In this document: piece after piece, positions 9,459 to 20,806 of the stretch | Numbering within the stretch: the first letter of the stretch is position 1 | Layout of the letters: the number at the start of each line of letters is the position of its first letter | IMG/VR virus record: IMGVR_UViG_3300020048_000054 | Coordinates: 45,119-109,118 of that record | Origin: a virus | Direction: 5' to 3' (one strand) | DNA length: 64,000 bases | Notes under the pieces: model-generated | What the model was told of the DNA's origin: nothing | Seen by the model: only the letters and a program-made list of their open reading frames with translations | Databases searched by the model: none | Position numbers and translations under genes: made by a program

Positions 9459-12400
9459 TTATGCTGATCCAAAAATAAACGGAAGATTATAATTGTATGT
9501 CTCGTATGTCCCATTTACATAAGATCCTACTTTTTTCATTGTATCGATGTTAGCAGTGTAGCCAGCTGGTAATTGATAAGTGATGCCATTAGGACCTTGT
9601 CTGTTGGTAGGAAAACAAGGACCAACAAATGGATCAAAAACAAAACCATCATAATCAACAGATCTGGCAGAAATCACATCAATAGTCCCATTAGATCTAA
9701 TTCCAATAACAGTGTCAGCAAAAGCATGAATCCATGCAAAGTGATTTTCTAGTTTTTGTTCGTCTGCAATACCCATTACAGTTATTGTTGCATTCATATC
9801 ATAATCGTTAACAGGAACACCAGCAGGATTAACAGGTAATTTACCAAAAGCATCCTTATAACCAATAGTTTTTACAATATGGTTATTATTTATATAATTA
9901 CTTTCGTATAACAAATGTGCAGGTGCCTGAAGGTCACTAGCAGTATTTCCAAAATACTCGAATGGGGAAAAGCTGTATATATCTCCCGTGTTGCCAGGAT
10001 TTTCTTTTGGTATGTTATATTCTGGATGATAAAATCCATTAAGTTTTATAGGATTTCCCCAACCCATCTGAGTTCCTACTATATGCGCTGAAGGTGGTAC
10101 ATAATGTATATTATCATCAAACATACCAATATTGTCAATAAATCCAGGAACCAGTTTTGGAATGAAAAATCCTGCATATGTATTTCCAGATGTAGTTGAA
10201 ACTAATCCACCAGTTGCACCAAACTTAAACCTTGCGCTTGAAGCAAATCCATAATTGCCATTAAATAATGGGCTATTTCCATATAGACTATAATTCCATT
10301 TTGCAGCAGTTAATCCGAAGTCTCCAAGTAAATTTATTTTATTTTTTACAAGCTGAGCACCAATAGATAAGTTTTCACTACTAGCAGTAACTGCATGAGC
10401 AGCACTAAATCCACAAGGAAGTAAAGTTTCATTTGCAGATATTGGAGTCCAATTACCATTGTTTCCTAGTATAGAGATTGTTCCACTTCCCAGTGCGCCG
10501 CCTGATATTTCAGTGTTAGGAAGACCTTTAAAGAATCTAAGAATAGAAACACATCTGGGCGGAACATACATCAATTCCCGCACACCATCTACTACTATAG
10601 TTACACCAAAAATTACATCATATAATTCTTTATCAAAATCTATATTAGCACTGTACGACCAAGTACCAGAAACTGAATTATATACTGCAGAATATCTTTG
10701 TATCTTTTTTAACTTATCTCTCAAATATGGCACAGAAGAATTATAATCCATAAATTTTACCACTTCACACATCTGAGTTGGGTGTGCAAAATTATCAACA
10801 TTGGTTGGTAGATATCCAGTGTAATTAGGATCTACACATACAGCAACTCCTCCACTTTGATAACCACCACGCACATTAATAACCGGAAATCTTCTTCCGG
10901 CTGAAGGTCCGGTTAAAACTTTTGGTATTAAATTCAATGCATATGCCACTTCTTTACACATACCGTTTGTAACAGGTACTCCAGTATTAAAAAGACCATT
11001 CCATATGTATTTTTGTTTAAATTCATCACCCCCCAAACTAAGTTTTCTGTTTACACCATCGGAGTTTGGAACGATTGCAGAATCCCTTGCGCCAATTGTA
11101 CCAAAAAGAGGATGTCGGTTTTTAGTGCCTGTTGTGAACTTTTGTCTTGGTACTGCAGAACTACCATCTACAATATCGACAGCACCATACAAACTAACTC
11201 CATATAGTTTTCCGGATTTATGTAAACACCAAACAATTATGTCTTCACTTGGAGATAATAATCCACCGGAAGCAGCAATGTCAACAAAATCTTTATTCTC
11301 AATAAAGACTGCTTCTCCGGAATCGTCAGTAAGAAATCCATCACCAACATAATTTGCATCAAAATATACTAAACGCTTTAAATAGATATTTCCAGGACTA
11401 TCGGCTCGTGAAGCAATTGACTCTGCACTAAAATCAGAAGAAAACAATATACTAACCGAACCAGTCGTGCTTAGCATTACTAATGTTTGATCATTACTTT
11501 GATCTATTGATTTATATTGAATCGGACTAGCAATATTAAATATTTCTCGCACATTTCCTAGAGTTGGATGTGTAGTATCAATGTCATTTTGTGTTGGTGT
11601 ATTTAGAATAAGTTTATAAATGGAAGCTGTAGGACTGTCTGGATCATTATTATATGCTGTTCTTGGTACACTAATTTTTCTTTCACTACTTGTTATAAAA
11701 GTACCACCAATATATCCAGCTGCTATTGAATATTCATTAGATCCCTTAACTTCGTTTGTTCCAAAATCAAACCATTGATATTTTTTAATGTTTGATTTTT
11801 GAATTCTGAAAGAAGTTCCCCCTCGTCTTTGGGTATCTCCAACATCATAGTATGAATTCAAAGGACCTGCTTCCACAGTTGGTGAAGTTTGAATCCAATT
11901 ACTAACATACTTAGCCAGGCTTATACCTCTTAGGCCAAGGGAATTGTCTGCGAGGATTGTTGTTAAGTATTCATTAGCTCCAGACTTATCTGTCCCTTTG
12001 CCGGCAGCTCCTCCCAAAAAAGGAAACGATTCTAAATTACTATTCCAGCTTGATATATCCGAAGAAAGAGCTTCAATTTCGAATAAATTTCCAAACGCAG
12101 TAAATCCATTAGAACTAGAAACATAAGGAAATTCTGGATATCTTGAATCTATTGCATTAATATTTTCATTTCGTTCAATCATAAATCCGTATGTATCCTG
12201 ATCCGTGAATCTCAACAGATTAAGATCAGATTGATATGCAGTCATTCCTACCGGATTATTCACGCCAGGAGAACAAAACGCACATCCACCACTATTGCAG
12301 GATGCGTATAAAATATTTGGACTTATTCCATTTGTCGAATCTAGCTCATAAAAACTTCCAATCTTCATATGAGCCAGACTAGAACTAATTACATCAGTAC

Positions 12401-13553
12401 TAACATCTGGATCCCACGACGGAACTTTATGTTGGGGAACTGCAACAGCAACTCCGTATGGATCACACTCGTGTGTGCAGCAATAGCATGAATAATTTTT
12501 CGAAGCATCGCACGCATCGCTAAAATCAAATTGATTATAAAACGCAGAATTTAAAACATCAGATGCTGGATTTGCCGAAAAAGTAATTCCCGGATTCATT
12601 AATAAATATCTTCCAATCACAGGCAATTCTGAAGCTTCACTAGTAATAACACCATCTCCGTTGTTATCCACTCCAGTGTCAGTGTCAACTAATGGAATAT
12701 ATTGCTCAAAGAATCCTAACATACCTGCAGGATGTGCTCCTGCTAATAATGTGTCTTTGTATGTTATATCACCAGTATTTGGTGCATCTGATGTTAAAAG
12801 ATATGAGTATTCTTGCCAGAAATAATCATCAGGCAGAACTGCTTCATTTAATGCGGCACCAAATAGATTGGGGCGACTTTCTATATTATAACCAACACCC
12901 CCGGCAATAATACCAGCGGCATCAACCGGAGCATCCGGATCAAATCCAAATGGTAGATCAATTATTCCAGTTTCTCCAGAAATATTCCAAGATATATCAA
13001 TATACTTACCACCATTCATTCTCATTAAGTATTTTTTAGGATAATCAATAGTAACATTTGACACATTAAACAGAATTTTTAACAAATAGCGATATGAATT
13101 TTCTGTACCTTTACTAATTAAGAAGTCTGTCTTAATAGAACGCAAAAACTTTCTAAGATTTTGTCTATCTTCTGGGCTAATTGCAGCGGGGGTAATAAAT
13201 GGAGCGTATACTTTTACATACTCATCTAGAAATATATCCGGAACCGAATCAATATTTAATAATTCTTCTATATCATATGGAGTTAGATTTATGTCTTCTT
13301 TTTTAAATCCACAATACATCCAATTGTAATATGCTTGTAAAAATGATACTAAATACTGCTCACCAATATTTGATCCATAATTTTGATTTATCCAAAATGG
13401 AAGTTGACTCTGTATGTCAAGCGGAGAAGTGCAATATGATTCTCCTACAGTTTCTGTTGGTAACCCCTGAAGAAGCTTTAAAAAAGGAACAACTGACTGA
13501 TTGACTTCTTCAGTTGGTGCAGTTTGAGGTTGTTTTATAAACGGTAATAGCAT
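9459..13553 (-). CDS. Baseplate wedge gp7-like protein with long C-terminal extension
   Basis: SQLPFWI...FLQAYYNW, SKGTENSYRYLLKILF, YFWQEYSY and HPAGM motifs; sits between gp6 and gp8. Confidence 0.65.
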   Translation of the reverse strand: MLLPFIKQPQTAPTEEVNQSVVPFLKLLQGLPTETVGESYCTSPLDIQSQLPFWINQNYGSNIGEQYLVSFLQAYYNWMYCGFKKEDINLTPYDIEELLNIDSVPDIFLDEYVKVYAPFITPAAISPEDRQNLRKFLRSIKTDFLISKGTENSYRYLLKILFNVSNVTIDYPKKYLMRMNGGKYIDISWNISGETGIIDLPFGFDPDAPVDAAGIIAGGVGYNIESRPNLFGAALNEAVLPDDYFWQEYSYLLTSDAPNTGDITYKDTLLAGAHPAGMLGFFEQYIPLVDTDTGVDNNGDGVITSEASELPVIGRYLLMNPGITFSANPASDVLNSAFYNQFDFSDACDASKNYSCYCCTHECDPYGVAVAVPQHKVPSWDPDVSTDVISSSLAHMKIGSFYELDSTNGISPNILYASCNSGGCAFCSPGVNNPVGMTAYQSDLNLLRFTDQDTYGFMIERNENINAIDSRYPEFPYVSSSNGFTAFGNLFEIEALSSDISSWNSNLESFPFLGGAAGKGTDKSGANEYLTTILADNSLGLRGISLAKYVSNWIQTSPTVEAGPLNSYYDVGDTQRRGGTSFRIQKSNIKKYQWFDFGTNEVKGSNEYSIAAGYIGGTFITSSERKISVPRTAYNNDPDSPTASIYKLILNTPTQNDIDTTHPTLGNVREIFNIASPIQYKSIDQSNDQTLVMLSTTGSVSILFSSDFSAESIASRADSPGNIYLKRLVYFDANYVGDGFLTDDSGEAVFIENKDFVDIAASGGLLSPSEDIIVWCLHKSGKLYGVSLYGAVDIVDGSSAVPRQKFTTGTKNRHPLFGTIGARDSAIVPNSDGVNRKLSLGGDEFKQKYIWNGLFNTGVPVTNGMCKEVAYALNLIPKVLTGPSAGRRFPVINVRGGYQSGGVAVCVDPNYTGYLPTNVDNFAHPTQMCEVVKFMDYNSSVPYLRDKLKKIQRYSAVYNSVSGTWSYSANIDFDKELYDVIFGVTIVVDGVRELMYVPPRCVSILRFFKGLPNTEISGGALGSGTISILGNNGNWTPISANETLLPCGFSAAHAVTASSENLSIGAQLVKNKINLLGDFGLTAAKWNYSLYGNSPLFNGNYGFASSARFKFGATGGLVSTTSGNTYAGFFIPKLVPGFIDNIGMFDDNIHYVPPSAHIVGTQMGWGNPIKLNGFYHPEYNIPKENPGNTGDIYSFSPFEYFGNTASDLQAPAHLLYESNYINNNHIVKTIGYKDAFGKLPVNPAGVPVNDYDMNATITVMGIADEQKLENHFAWIHAFADTVIGIRSNGTIDVISARSVDYDGFVFDPFVGPCFPTNRQGPNGITYQLPAGYTANIDTMKKVGSYVNGTYETYNYNLPFIFGSA

Positions 13554-15316
13554 TATATGGATATTGGTTTTGTTGTGGTAATATCGAGACTTAGATAAAT
13601 TTCATCTTTTGCTTCTATTTTCCCAGGATTAAGTGGATTTACGTTTAAAGTAAATACTTCTGATGTTATATTTGGAATTAATGTAACTACACCTGTCTTA
13701 TAATTTATATCTCCAACAATAGCATCTAAATCTAAATATTCTCCATCAGAATTTATTGTGTATAATTTTAGTTTACCAATTAGTGGTGGATTCGCTGCTC
13801 CCGGAAATTTAATTGGTTTATCTCGAATACTAACTAAACCTTGTGTGTAATATGGGCTAGTAAATTCAGAAGAAAATAATCCAGTACCATTAGAATTTGT
13901 AGTGGGTCCTTGTGTAATTCTATTTTTTAAATTTATAGTAGATATAACGGTAGATGGAGCTACCAATACAACTAACTTTAAGTCATTCTCGATATCTGTA
14001 TTCAAACTGTATCCAGGAAATGACTCAACCACTGTCTTTATTGCCGAAGTTGTTAAAGAATTATTATATCCACCGGTTGAATATGCTTCTTTAAGTTTAG
14101 ATTTTATCAATTCAACTGTTGTTACTGGATCGGAAACTACAGTGTCTTTATTGAAGTTTACATTTAATTTTAAAGATACAACCACCGCTCTTGGTGGAAT
14201 ATATTCTGGCAATACGGTTATAATAGATCTCTCTTTAATTAAAGATATAATATTTTGAATTTCGGTATTATCGTCTGTTCCTATTGCTGCAATTGAAAAT
14301 AATACTCTTCCATACATTGGAGGAGAATTATCTTCACCACCCCAAACATTAACATTGTCGGAATAGCCTAGCTGAGCAAGAAATCCATAATAATCAGATT
14401 TAGTAACAAGTCTTTGTTGTGCAGAAAATACTAATGGTGCAACACGTTTAGCTTCATCTAAATCTGGAGCATCTAATCCACCAAATGATGGTTGATTATT
14501 TACTATAATACTAGAATCAGGAGTTTGAATCGGAGTAAATATTGATGTTCCATTAGCATTAGAACCATTAGATGAAAGATATTCAATATTTACTATATCT
14601 CCTCCTATTAAGTTCGCAGTGTTGCTGGAAGTAGTCTGGAATTTGATAACAAAACCAGAAGAAGTTCTTTCTATTGAGTAAAGATTGGAAGAATCGCTTA
14701 CAAAAGATCCACCATAAGTATCTAATAATTTCCAATAGACAAAATCAGCATTTTGTCTACTCACAGAAACTCTAAGAGTCTGTATATCCATATTTAAGTC
14801 TGCAATTAGAATTTTTTGATCTGGAAAATCAAAACCATCACCACCATAACTAAGTGACACATATGATCCTTCATACATCGAAAAATACTCAGTAGTATTA
14901 GGGACACCATCAAGTAATGAAATGCTGTCAATATTCCAAAACTGATAATCAACTCCTTCTGGAGTTTTACCACGAACACTCACAGAGTATGGTATGGTTA
15001 ATATATCAGGATCTGTAACATTCTGTAGCTGTATTCTAGTTCTTGCACTAGTCTTAGTTGGAACAACATACCCAAGTGGCTTTACTAATGAGATGATCGA
15101 CTTTTCTAGCTGTGCAGAGTCTAAGAAGCATTCACCAGAGATCATATTGGCATAATGTGCATAATATAAAGTATTGTACGCCAAAAGATCTAAAAGAAAA
15201 TTGACAGCGGATCCTTCAAAATTAAGATCTCTTACGGTATCTTGTTTCTGCAGATATGTGCGAAGAGATGTTCGTATTTGTTCAAAGTCGAGTTCTGTTA
15301 AATTTATTTGTGCCAT
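13553..15316 (-). CDS. gp6: Baseplate wedge subunit gp6
   Basis: LTELDFEQIRTSL...FEGSAVNFLLDLLAYNT...ECFLDSAQ, AQQRLVTKSDY, VWGGEDNSPPMYGRV. Confidence 0.92.
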   Translation of the reverse strand: MAQINLTELDFEQIRTSLRTYLQKQDTVRDLNFEGSAVNFLLDLLAYNTLYYAHYANMISGECFLDSAQLEKSIISLVKPLGYVVPTKTSARTRIQLQNVTDPDILTIPYSVSVRGKTPEGVDYQFWNIDSISLLDGVPNTTEYFSMYEGSYVSLSYGGDGFDFPDQKILIADLNMDIQTLRVSVSRQNADFVYWKLLDTYGGSFVSDSSNLYSIERTSSGFVIKFQTTSSNTANLIGGDIVNIEYLSSNGSNANGTSIFTPIQTPDSSIIVNNQPSFGGLDAPDLDEAKRVAPLVFSAQQRLVTKSDYYGFLAQLGYSDNVNVWGGEDNSPPMYGRVLFSIAAIGTDDNTEIQNIISLIKERSIITVLPEYIPPRAVVVSLKLNVNFNKDTVVSDPVTTVELIKSKLKEAYSTGGYNNSLTTSAIKTVVESFPGYSLNTDIENDLKLVVLVAPSTVISTINLKNRITQGPTTNSNGTGLFSSEFTSPYYTQGLVSIRDKPIKFPGAANPPLIGKLKLYTINSDGEYLDLDAIVGDINYKTGVVTLIPNITSEVFTLNVNPLNPGKIEAKDEIYLSLDITTTKPISI

Positions 15317-15706
15317 TTATAGATTTACCGCTATTGATACGGTTTGTTCCTGTGCTTTTGTTGGTGAATTGTTCAAAATAAATCTTATATTCACTCTGGC
15401 ATCAGTATTTATCTCATTTAGAACTGGGTATTCTATTTCAACGTCTCTTATAGTTATTCTGGGTTCTAGAGTGCGTAATTTTTCTGCTACGTCACTCTGT
15501 AAAAACGACAAAGAAGCCGAAGATGGTTGATCAAACAATAAGTCCAATATACCAGTTCCAAAATAATAATTAAACGGTCTTTCACCCAATCTAGTCAGTA
15601 TTATATTTTTAATTGACTGAATAATAGCTGCATTTCCGGTGGCGAGGGTTATGTCCCCCGTGTCTGTATTTTTAGTAAAGAATATATTGAGATCTCTGTT
15701 TTTCAT
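15317..15706 (-). CDS. gp25: Baseplate wedge protein gp25
   Basis: AIIQSIKNIILTRLGERPF...FG...LLF...EPRI motif; directly upstream of gp6. Confidence 0.9.
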   Translation of the reverse strand: MKNRDLNIFFTKNTDTGDITLATGNAAIIQSIKNIILTRLGERPFNYYFGTGILDLLFDQPSSASLSFLQSDVAEKLRTLEPRITIRDVEIEYPVLNEINTDARVNIRFILNNSPTKAQEQTVSIAVNL

Positions 15707-16422
15707 TGTTTGAATTTTCCGAATCGTCTATTATCTTCACTACGCGCCCGTTCTTGTGCGACTATTTGAGCAAGCGATGAAACTCCACCATCATCCTTAG
15801 ATGTATTTAGTTGTAATTCTTTGGATCTTATATCGGGGTTTGAAGATTCAGAGTCTCTAATTAATGTTATTGTCATTCGATGTCTAAGCATTCCCATATT
15901 ATGATTAATTGCAGAAACCAACCAATAACCAGAATACCTCTTGCCTGGTACATTTATTCTAATTTTATTACCGGGTCGTAAAGTAAGATCGCCATTGACA
16001 GTTATCATAATTTTATTTGAAAGAATTTGCATCATTTGAGCATTTCGAAGAAGTGGTCTTTCTGGTGGTGTTTCCCAGAAAGAACAATATGTTTGAGAAT
16101 ACTTTAAGTAATTCAAGAAATTTTCACCCAAACAAGGACAGCTACAGTTTAAATTACTCTTTGGTTCTGCCCAAACACATCCTAACCAATCTTCTCCTAG
16201 AACTTTTTCAATAAGATCACATTCCTTAATATCTTTTTCTAGTTGAATTAATTCTTCATTTGTCGGTTCTGGTCCGGTAATCCCAACCAGCAGCTTATCC
16301 GGTCTAAGTTCCGGGCATGGGCAATTACATAGTGGGTTGGATGGAGGACATGATGAGTTATCCGGAGGAAATGGATTTGCACAAGGATAATTAGAACTAA
16401 AACTCGTCCAACTATTCCATAT
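15703..16422 (-). CDS. C-terminal portion of gp27-like baseplate hub (out of frame with the upstream part)
   Basis: Frame is open from 16422 to 15703. ITVNGDLTLRPGNKIRINVP..YSGYWLVSAINH...LIRDS is the typical hub C-terminus. No good start codon upstream of TTG 16131. Confidence 0.6.
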   Translation of the reverse strand: MWNSWTSFSSNYPCANPFPPDNSSCPPSNPLCNCPCPELRPDKLLVGITGPEPTNEELIQLEKDIKECDLIEKVLGEDWLGCVWAEPKSNLNCSCPCLGENFLNYLKYSQTYCSFWETPPERPLLRNAQMMQILSNKIMITVNGDLTLRPGNKIRINVPGKRYSGYWLVSAINHNMGMLRHRMTITLIRDSESSNPDIRSKELQLNTSKDDGGVSSLAQIVAQERARSEDNRRFGKFKQ

Positions 16423-19400
16423 TCAGTTTCTCCCGAAATATCATTTTTCCATACGGCTTTCTGTATTTCTGTTGATAGTAATGCAGTTGGTACTGCTGGA
16501 TGTTTCCAGGCAGATACTCCATAATAATAGCCAAAGAATGTAGTTTCATCTTCTGGTTTAATTCTAGCATTTCTATTCCGTAAATCTACCTCAAAGAATG
16601 CTCCCCATGAACCTGTTCTTTCAGCTCCAGGATCATACGACGCATAAGACTTAAAATATTCGGTGTCGATAGGAAGTGCCTGCACACCTACTGTTTGCAC
16701 ATACATAAAGACATTTCCGGGAATTAATAAATCGTAAATATCATTTCTTACTGTAGCATCAATAGAAGAACTAGATCCATCTCCGTAATAACCTGTGCTA
16801 CTACTTGTAGAACTATATGGATTAGTTATCCAAGTTCCTTCGTACGATCCTCCTACGAAAGATGACTGACCAACTGCTCCATATGGTCTTACATTATTAA
16901 ATTCAAAATATGAATTGGGTAATGCTAGTGGATTTATTCTAGTAGCTCTTTTTATTAAATCGTGATAAAATATTTCATTTAAAGTTCCAGGATTAAAAAT
17001 TCTTTCGGAAAGATTAGGAGTGTATGTTCTTACATTTCCAACATTATCTTTTACTATTAAAGTTTGATCAGAATTCGCAATAGAAGTTTGGCTTAGATAA
17101 AATGTATTGTTGAGCGAAGTTCCCGTATTGATAGCTCCCAATACTCCATAATTAGATACTATATTATTGAAAATTACACCGTTTCGAACAGTGTTGGAAA
17201 TTCTGGCATTTTCACCATACGATATTGGAGAATCTAATACTTGCTTTTGATCGTTTATATCGTTTGTTGAAGTAGAAGTCGCGTTTCTATCATAGGTGTT
17301 GATTCCTTTTAAATATCCAGCAGTAACCGTGTGATAATCTGTACTGTTTACTAGTGCTTTATTTTCTGGTTTTAGACTTTGTTTCTTTTTACGGATTCGT
17401 TTAACAGCAACGTCAAATCCATATGGATCTTGTCCTAGTACTGAGATATTATAATCTGCAGACTTTGCTCCGAATGGACCTGTAGTTAACATTACATGAT
17501 ATGGCAAATAGTATTCAGATCCCGGAGTATCATAGAATCCCTTTGGGAAATCGTATAAAGTATTTGCACCAATTGGTTGAATAAACTCAATTCGAACAAA
17601 ACTTTCAAGCTCTTCTAATACGTTCTCTATTGGACGTTTTGCTTCGTCACCTGCATCTGGTTCTTGAATGTTTGTAAAATTTCTAGAATTCAAATACTCA
17701 ATCGGATTGAAATCAGGAATTCTCTCTAATCCGAATGGCTGAACAACACAAATACCAGTTGGTAATTGAGTACTATTTTTATTGTCGCTGTATATCTCTG
17801 CAATATCACAAGTTATTGTGATGGTTGTTATATCTTCTCGATTATTACAATTTAAAGGATCTAAAGGTGGAGAAATTAAAGTTACAACTACTGTATTATT
17901 ACCAATGTATTCAACATTGGTGCTAGAATATCTGTCTGATGTTAAATTGATACCAGAAACTTCATTAACTAATATATTTTTTATTAATTTATTTTGTTCT
18001 AAATTTTCTACTAAAATATCTTTTTGTGTGAAATTTTTATTCTCTTCTATTGTTGTAATTTGTCTTCGAGGTTCACATGTAAAACTGGGGGGGATGTCAA
18101 CGCCATCGGTGCCGAATTCGTCAACTCCGCCATCATTGCCGGGGCCGTTACCATCGATACCTGGATCATAAACTGCTATGTGTTGCAACGTATTTGTTAC
18201 TCTTTTTACCTTTGCTTGGAATGCTATAAAGTATTCAAACACTCCTGTTGGATTTCCTGCTGCACCTGAGTCTGGCCCACCAGCTGGATCAAATGAAGAG
18301 AAGAAAGCATTGGCTCCAGCTCCTAAATCAAAATTATATCCAGAATCATAATATGGATGTTTAATTTTAGGATTTATAGATTTATCATTATCATAAAATA
18401 TATCATAAGGGTAATACGAAGTCACACCAGCAGAAAACCCCTTAAAATTAGCAGTGACACCTGATAATCCCAAATTAGCAGTGGCACCTGATAATCCATA
18501 TAGTAATTGTTTAAGAACTTCTTTGTGTGCTAATTTTTCATACTTACTACCACGAATAGGAATACGAGTAATGCTTTTAACATTAAACAGATTCAATGGA
18601 GCAGAATTTGCAGTAAACCCTACTTCTTTAGAAACAAAGAATGCTTTTCTTTTTGTGTATTCTTCATATACAGTTGCAAACCTTGTTTTTTCTATCTCTA
18701 TTATGTTTCTCATATTATTAAAATATGGAGAAGCTAATAGTTCCTTACGGTTAGTAATTGGATCTGTGTATGTACTTTTTATAAAAGTTTGTTTGTCTTC
18801 ATTCGTGCAAAAACAATTGGCTACAAATCCTGTACCACCCCCGGAAGATTCACCACAATAGTAATCAGATAGTGGAAGGCCAGTTGTCGGTTCTAGTATT
18901 TCACTACAGAGTGGATAACTTTCGGCAATGGATTTACCAGTTTCTAATCTCGTTATTGAATTCCTTATAACATCTTCTGCTATGTCTATGCGTTTCACTT
19001 CTAAATCATATAAGTATTTTGTTTGTATATCTGGAGTTTCTCTCAGATACATCAATTCACCAATTGTTTTACTGAATGGTCCAGTTATTCCAAAGTCATA
19101 ACTTAGTGTTAATCCGTTTGGGAATGTTGGAACTTCGTCAGTTTCTAATGTAAACCCAGCTGTAAGTCCAGCTGTAAATCCAGATCTTTTATAGTTAACT
19201 AAATCACTAAAGCCACCAGCAGAAACAACTTTATATTCATCGGTGAGTATAGCAGCCTCTTGATCTTCGTCTAAAACAGTATAATCACAGCAAATACTAT
19301 ATCGATATACTTTCCACTTTTCTTTTAAGTTTTTCTTCTGAGCATATTCAACTTTTTTATCTTTAATTTTGTTCTTGATTTCTCTTTGAATTATAGAGCA

Positions 19401-20804
19401 TGTTGCTCCGCTTAATTCAATCTGATCAAACATTGGTTGCCATGTGATGGAGCTATCACGATTTCCATGAGTATATCCATGATGCTCCCAACTAACTGAT
19501 TTCTCTTTGTTGCTATAATTTGGAGAAAAATAACCAGATATATTGTCTTGTACCACATTAACTACAGTAGGAACCGTAGACACATCAGAAGGTATAAGTG
19601 GATATCTTTCAACTTTAGACCATTTATTATAATCCTTAAAATAGTCATATTTAATTTCTGTTATAGTATGTGATTCATTATAATCTAAATATTTTCTATA
19701 TGGTTCATTCCATGCTGGTTCAACTAATTGATATTTTGCAGCTAGAGCATTTGCCTCAAATAATCTCAGAGAATTGGATTCATTTAAGATTCTCAAATCA
19801 ATGATATAACCAAGCTGTAATATTTGATTTACAGTAATTGAGTATTCCCTATACTTCTGTTCTTCCTGCAACAGCGATTCAATACTTCTAAAATTCCACC
19901 TATCTAAATCTTGCCAAAACAGAAAATTACAAACATATGGATTGCTTTCAGCTACTGCATATTCTGCCAAATACTGCATAAGTTGAAGTGGTTTAATTGG
20001 TCTATTTAATTTACTCCAAGGGTACATCAATTGGTTTTGTTTATACCAAATCCAATTTTTTGTTGGTTCGATAAACATACTTTTTTGAGTAGTACCCTGC
20101 ATAGATCTGCCAGTCTTAAAAAACTTGCTTTCTATTAAATTGACTAAACCTATAGGTTTTGGCTTAGAATTAAGTTTTTTATTAAGTGCAGCAATTACTG
20201 CGCGTACAACTGGTCCACCCGCAGCATTTAAACCCGACGCTAAACCTGCTACTATAAGAGCATTTCTACTCATCTTAATTGCTTCTCTTGCAAATTTATC
20301 TAATGCTCTTTTAAAAACATCGTTGCTACTGCTAGCTATTGTAGTAATAATATCAGATCCAGTTGATCCAGCTAATTCAGAAAAATCTCGATGATTTAAT
20401 AAATAATGTTCATATGATAAAAACTGAACAATTAAAGCATTCTTAGTAATATGAGTATCTGGATCATATTTATTAGAATCTGCTTGATCTGATTCAGCTT
20501 GAACATTATAGATTTTAAACCGTAAAGATTTATACGATTTACTAATGTCTGGGTTTTCAACTCTAATAATTAAATCTTCAAAACCACTAAAATTTATCTG
20601 TTCTGCTGTTGAGCTAAGATCTCGTATTGTTAATTGACCAGAAACAGAAGCTTCAAACATTCCTTCTGTTATTGATAACGACACAAAAGAAAATACATTT
20701 AAATTTGGCCAAATTTTGTATATTTCGCCAGATTTTCCTATTATTGTTATTTCGTGTATCAGTAAATTAGATATCTGTGGTGTTATATCAGTAATATTTG
20801 CCAT
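16248..20804 (-). CDS. Large gp27-like baseplate hub protein (N-terminal part)
   Basis: N-terminal SITEGMFEASVSGQLTIRD...FSGFE and FLFWQDLDRWNFRSIESLL motifs; located between gp53 and gp25. Confidence 0.65.
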   Translation of the reverse strand: MANITDITPQISNLLIHEITIIGKSGEIYKIWPNLNVFSFVSLSITEGMFEASVSGQLTIRDLSSTAEQINFSGFEDLIIRVENPDISKSYKSLRFKIYNVQAESDQADSNKYDPDTHITKNALIVQFLSYEHYLLNHRDFSELAGSTGSDIITTIASSSNDVFKRALDKFAREAIKMSRNALIVAGLASGLNAAGGPVVRAVIAALNKKLNSKPKPIGLVNLIESKFFKTGRSMQGTTQKSMFIEPTKNWIWYKQNQLMYPWSKLNRPIKPLQLMQYLAEYAVAESNPYVCNFLFWQDLDRWNFRSIESLLQEEQKYREYSITVNQILQLGYIIDLRILNESNSLRLFEANALAAKYQLVEPAWNEPYRKYLDYNESHTITEIKYDYFKDYNKWSKVERYPLIPSDVSTVPTVVNVVQDNISGYFSPNYSNKEKSVSWEHHGYTHGNRDSSITWQPMFDQIELSGATCSIIQREIKNKIKDKKVEYAQKKNLKEKWKVYRYSICCDYTVLDEDQEAAILTDEYKVVSAGGFSDLVNYKRSGFTAGLTAGFTLETDEVPTFPNGLTLSYDFGITGPFSKTIGELMYLRETPDIQTKYLYDLEVKRIDIAEDVIRNSITRLETGKSIAESYPLCSEILEPTTGLPLSDYYCGESSGGGTGFVANCFCTNEDKQTFIKSTYTDPITNRKELLASPYFNNMRNIIEIEKTRFATVYEEYTKRKAFFVSKEVGFTANSAPLNLFNVKSITRIPIRGSKYEKLAHKEVLKQLLYGLSGATANLGLSGVTANFKGFSAGVTSYYPYDIFYDNDKSINPKIKHPYYDSGYNFDLGAGANAFFSSFDPAGGPDSGAAGNPTGVFEYFIAFQAKVKRVTNTLQHIAVYDPGIDGNGPGNDGGVDEFGTDGVDIPPSFTCEPRRQITTIEENKNFTQKDILVENLEQNKLIKNILVNEVSGINLTSDRYSSTNVEYIGNNTVVVTLISPPLDPLNCNNREDITTITITCDIAEIYSDNKNSTQLPTGICVVQPFGLERIPDFNPIEYLNSRNFTNIQEPDAGDEAKRPIENVLEELESFVRIEFIQPIGANTLYDFPKGFYDTPGSEYYLPYHVMLTTGPFGAKSADYNISVLGQDPYGFDVAVKRIRKKKQSLKPENKALVNSTDYHTVTAGYLKGINTYDRNATSTSTNDINDQKQVLDSPISYGENARISNTVRNGVIFNNIVSNYGVLGAINTGTSLNNTFYLSQTSIANSDQTLIVKDNVGNVRTYTPNLSERIFNPGTLNEIFYHDLIKRATRINPLALPNSYFEFNNVRPYGAVGQSSFVGGSYEGTWITNPYSSTSSSTGYYGDGSSSSIDATVRNDIYDLLIPGNVFMYVQTVGVQALPIDTEYFKSYASYDPGAERTGSWGAFFEVDLRNRNARIKPEDETTFFGYYYGVSAWKHPAVPTALLSTEIQKAVWKNDISGETEYGIVGRVLVLIILVQIHFLRITHHVLHPTHYVIAHARNLDRISCWLGLPDQNRQMKN

Positions 20805-20806
20805 AA

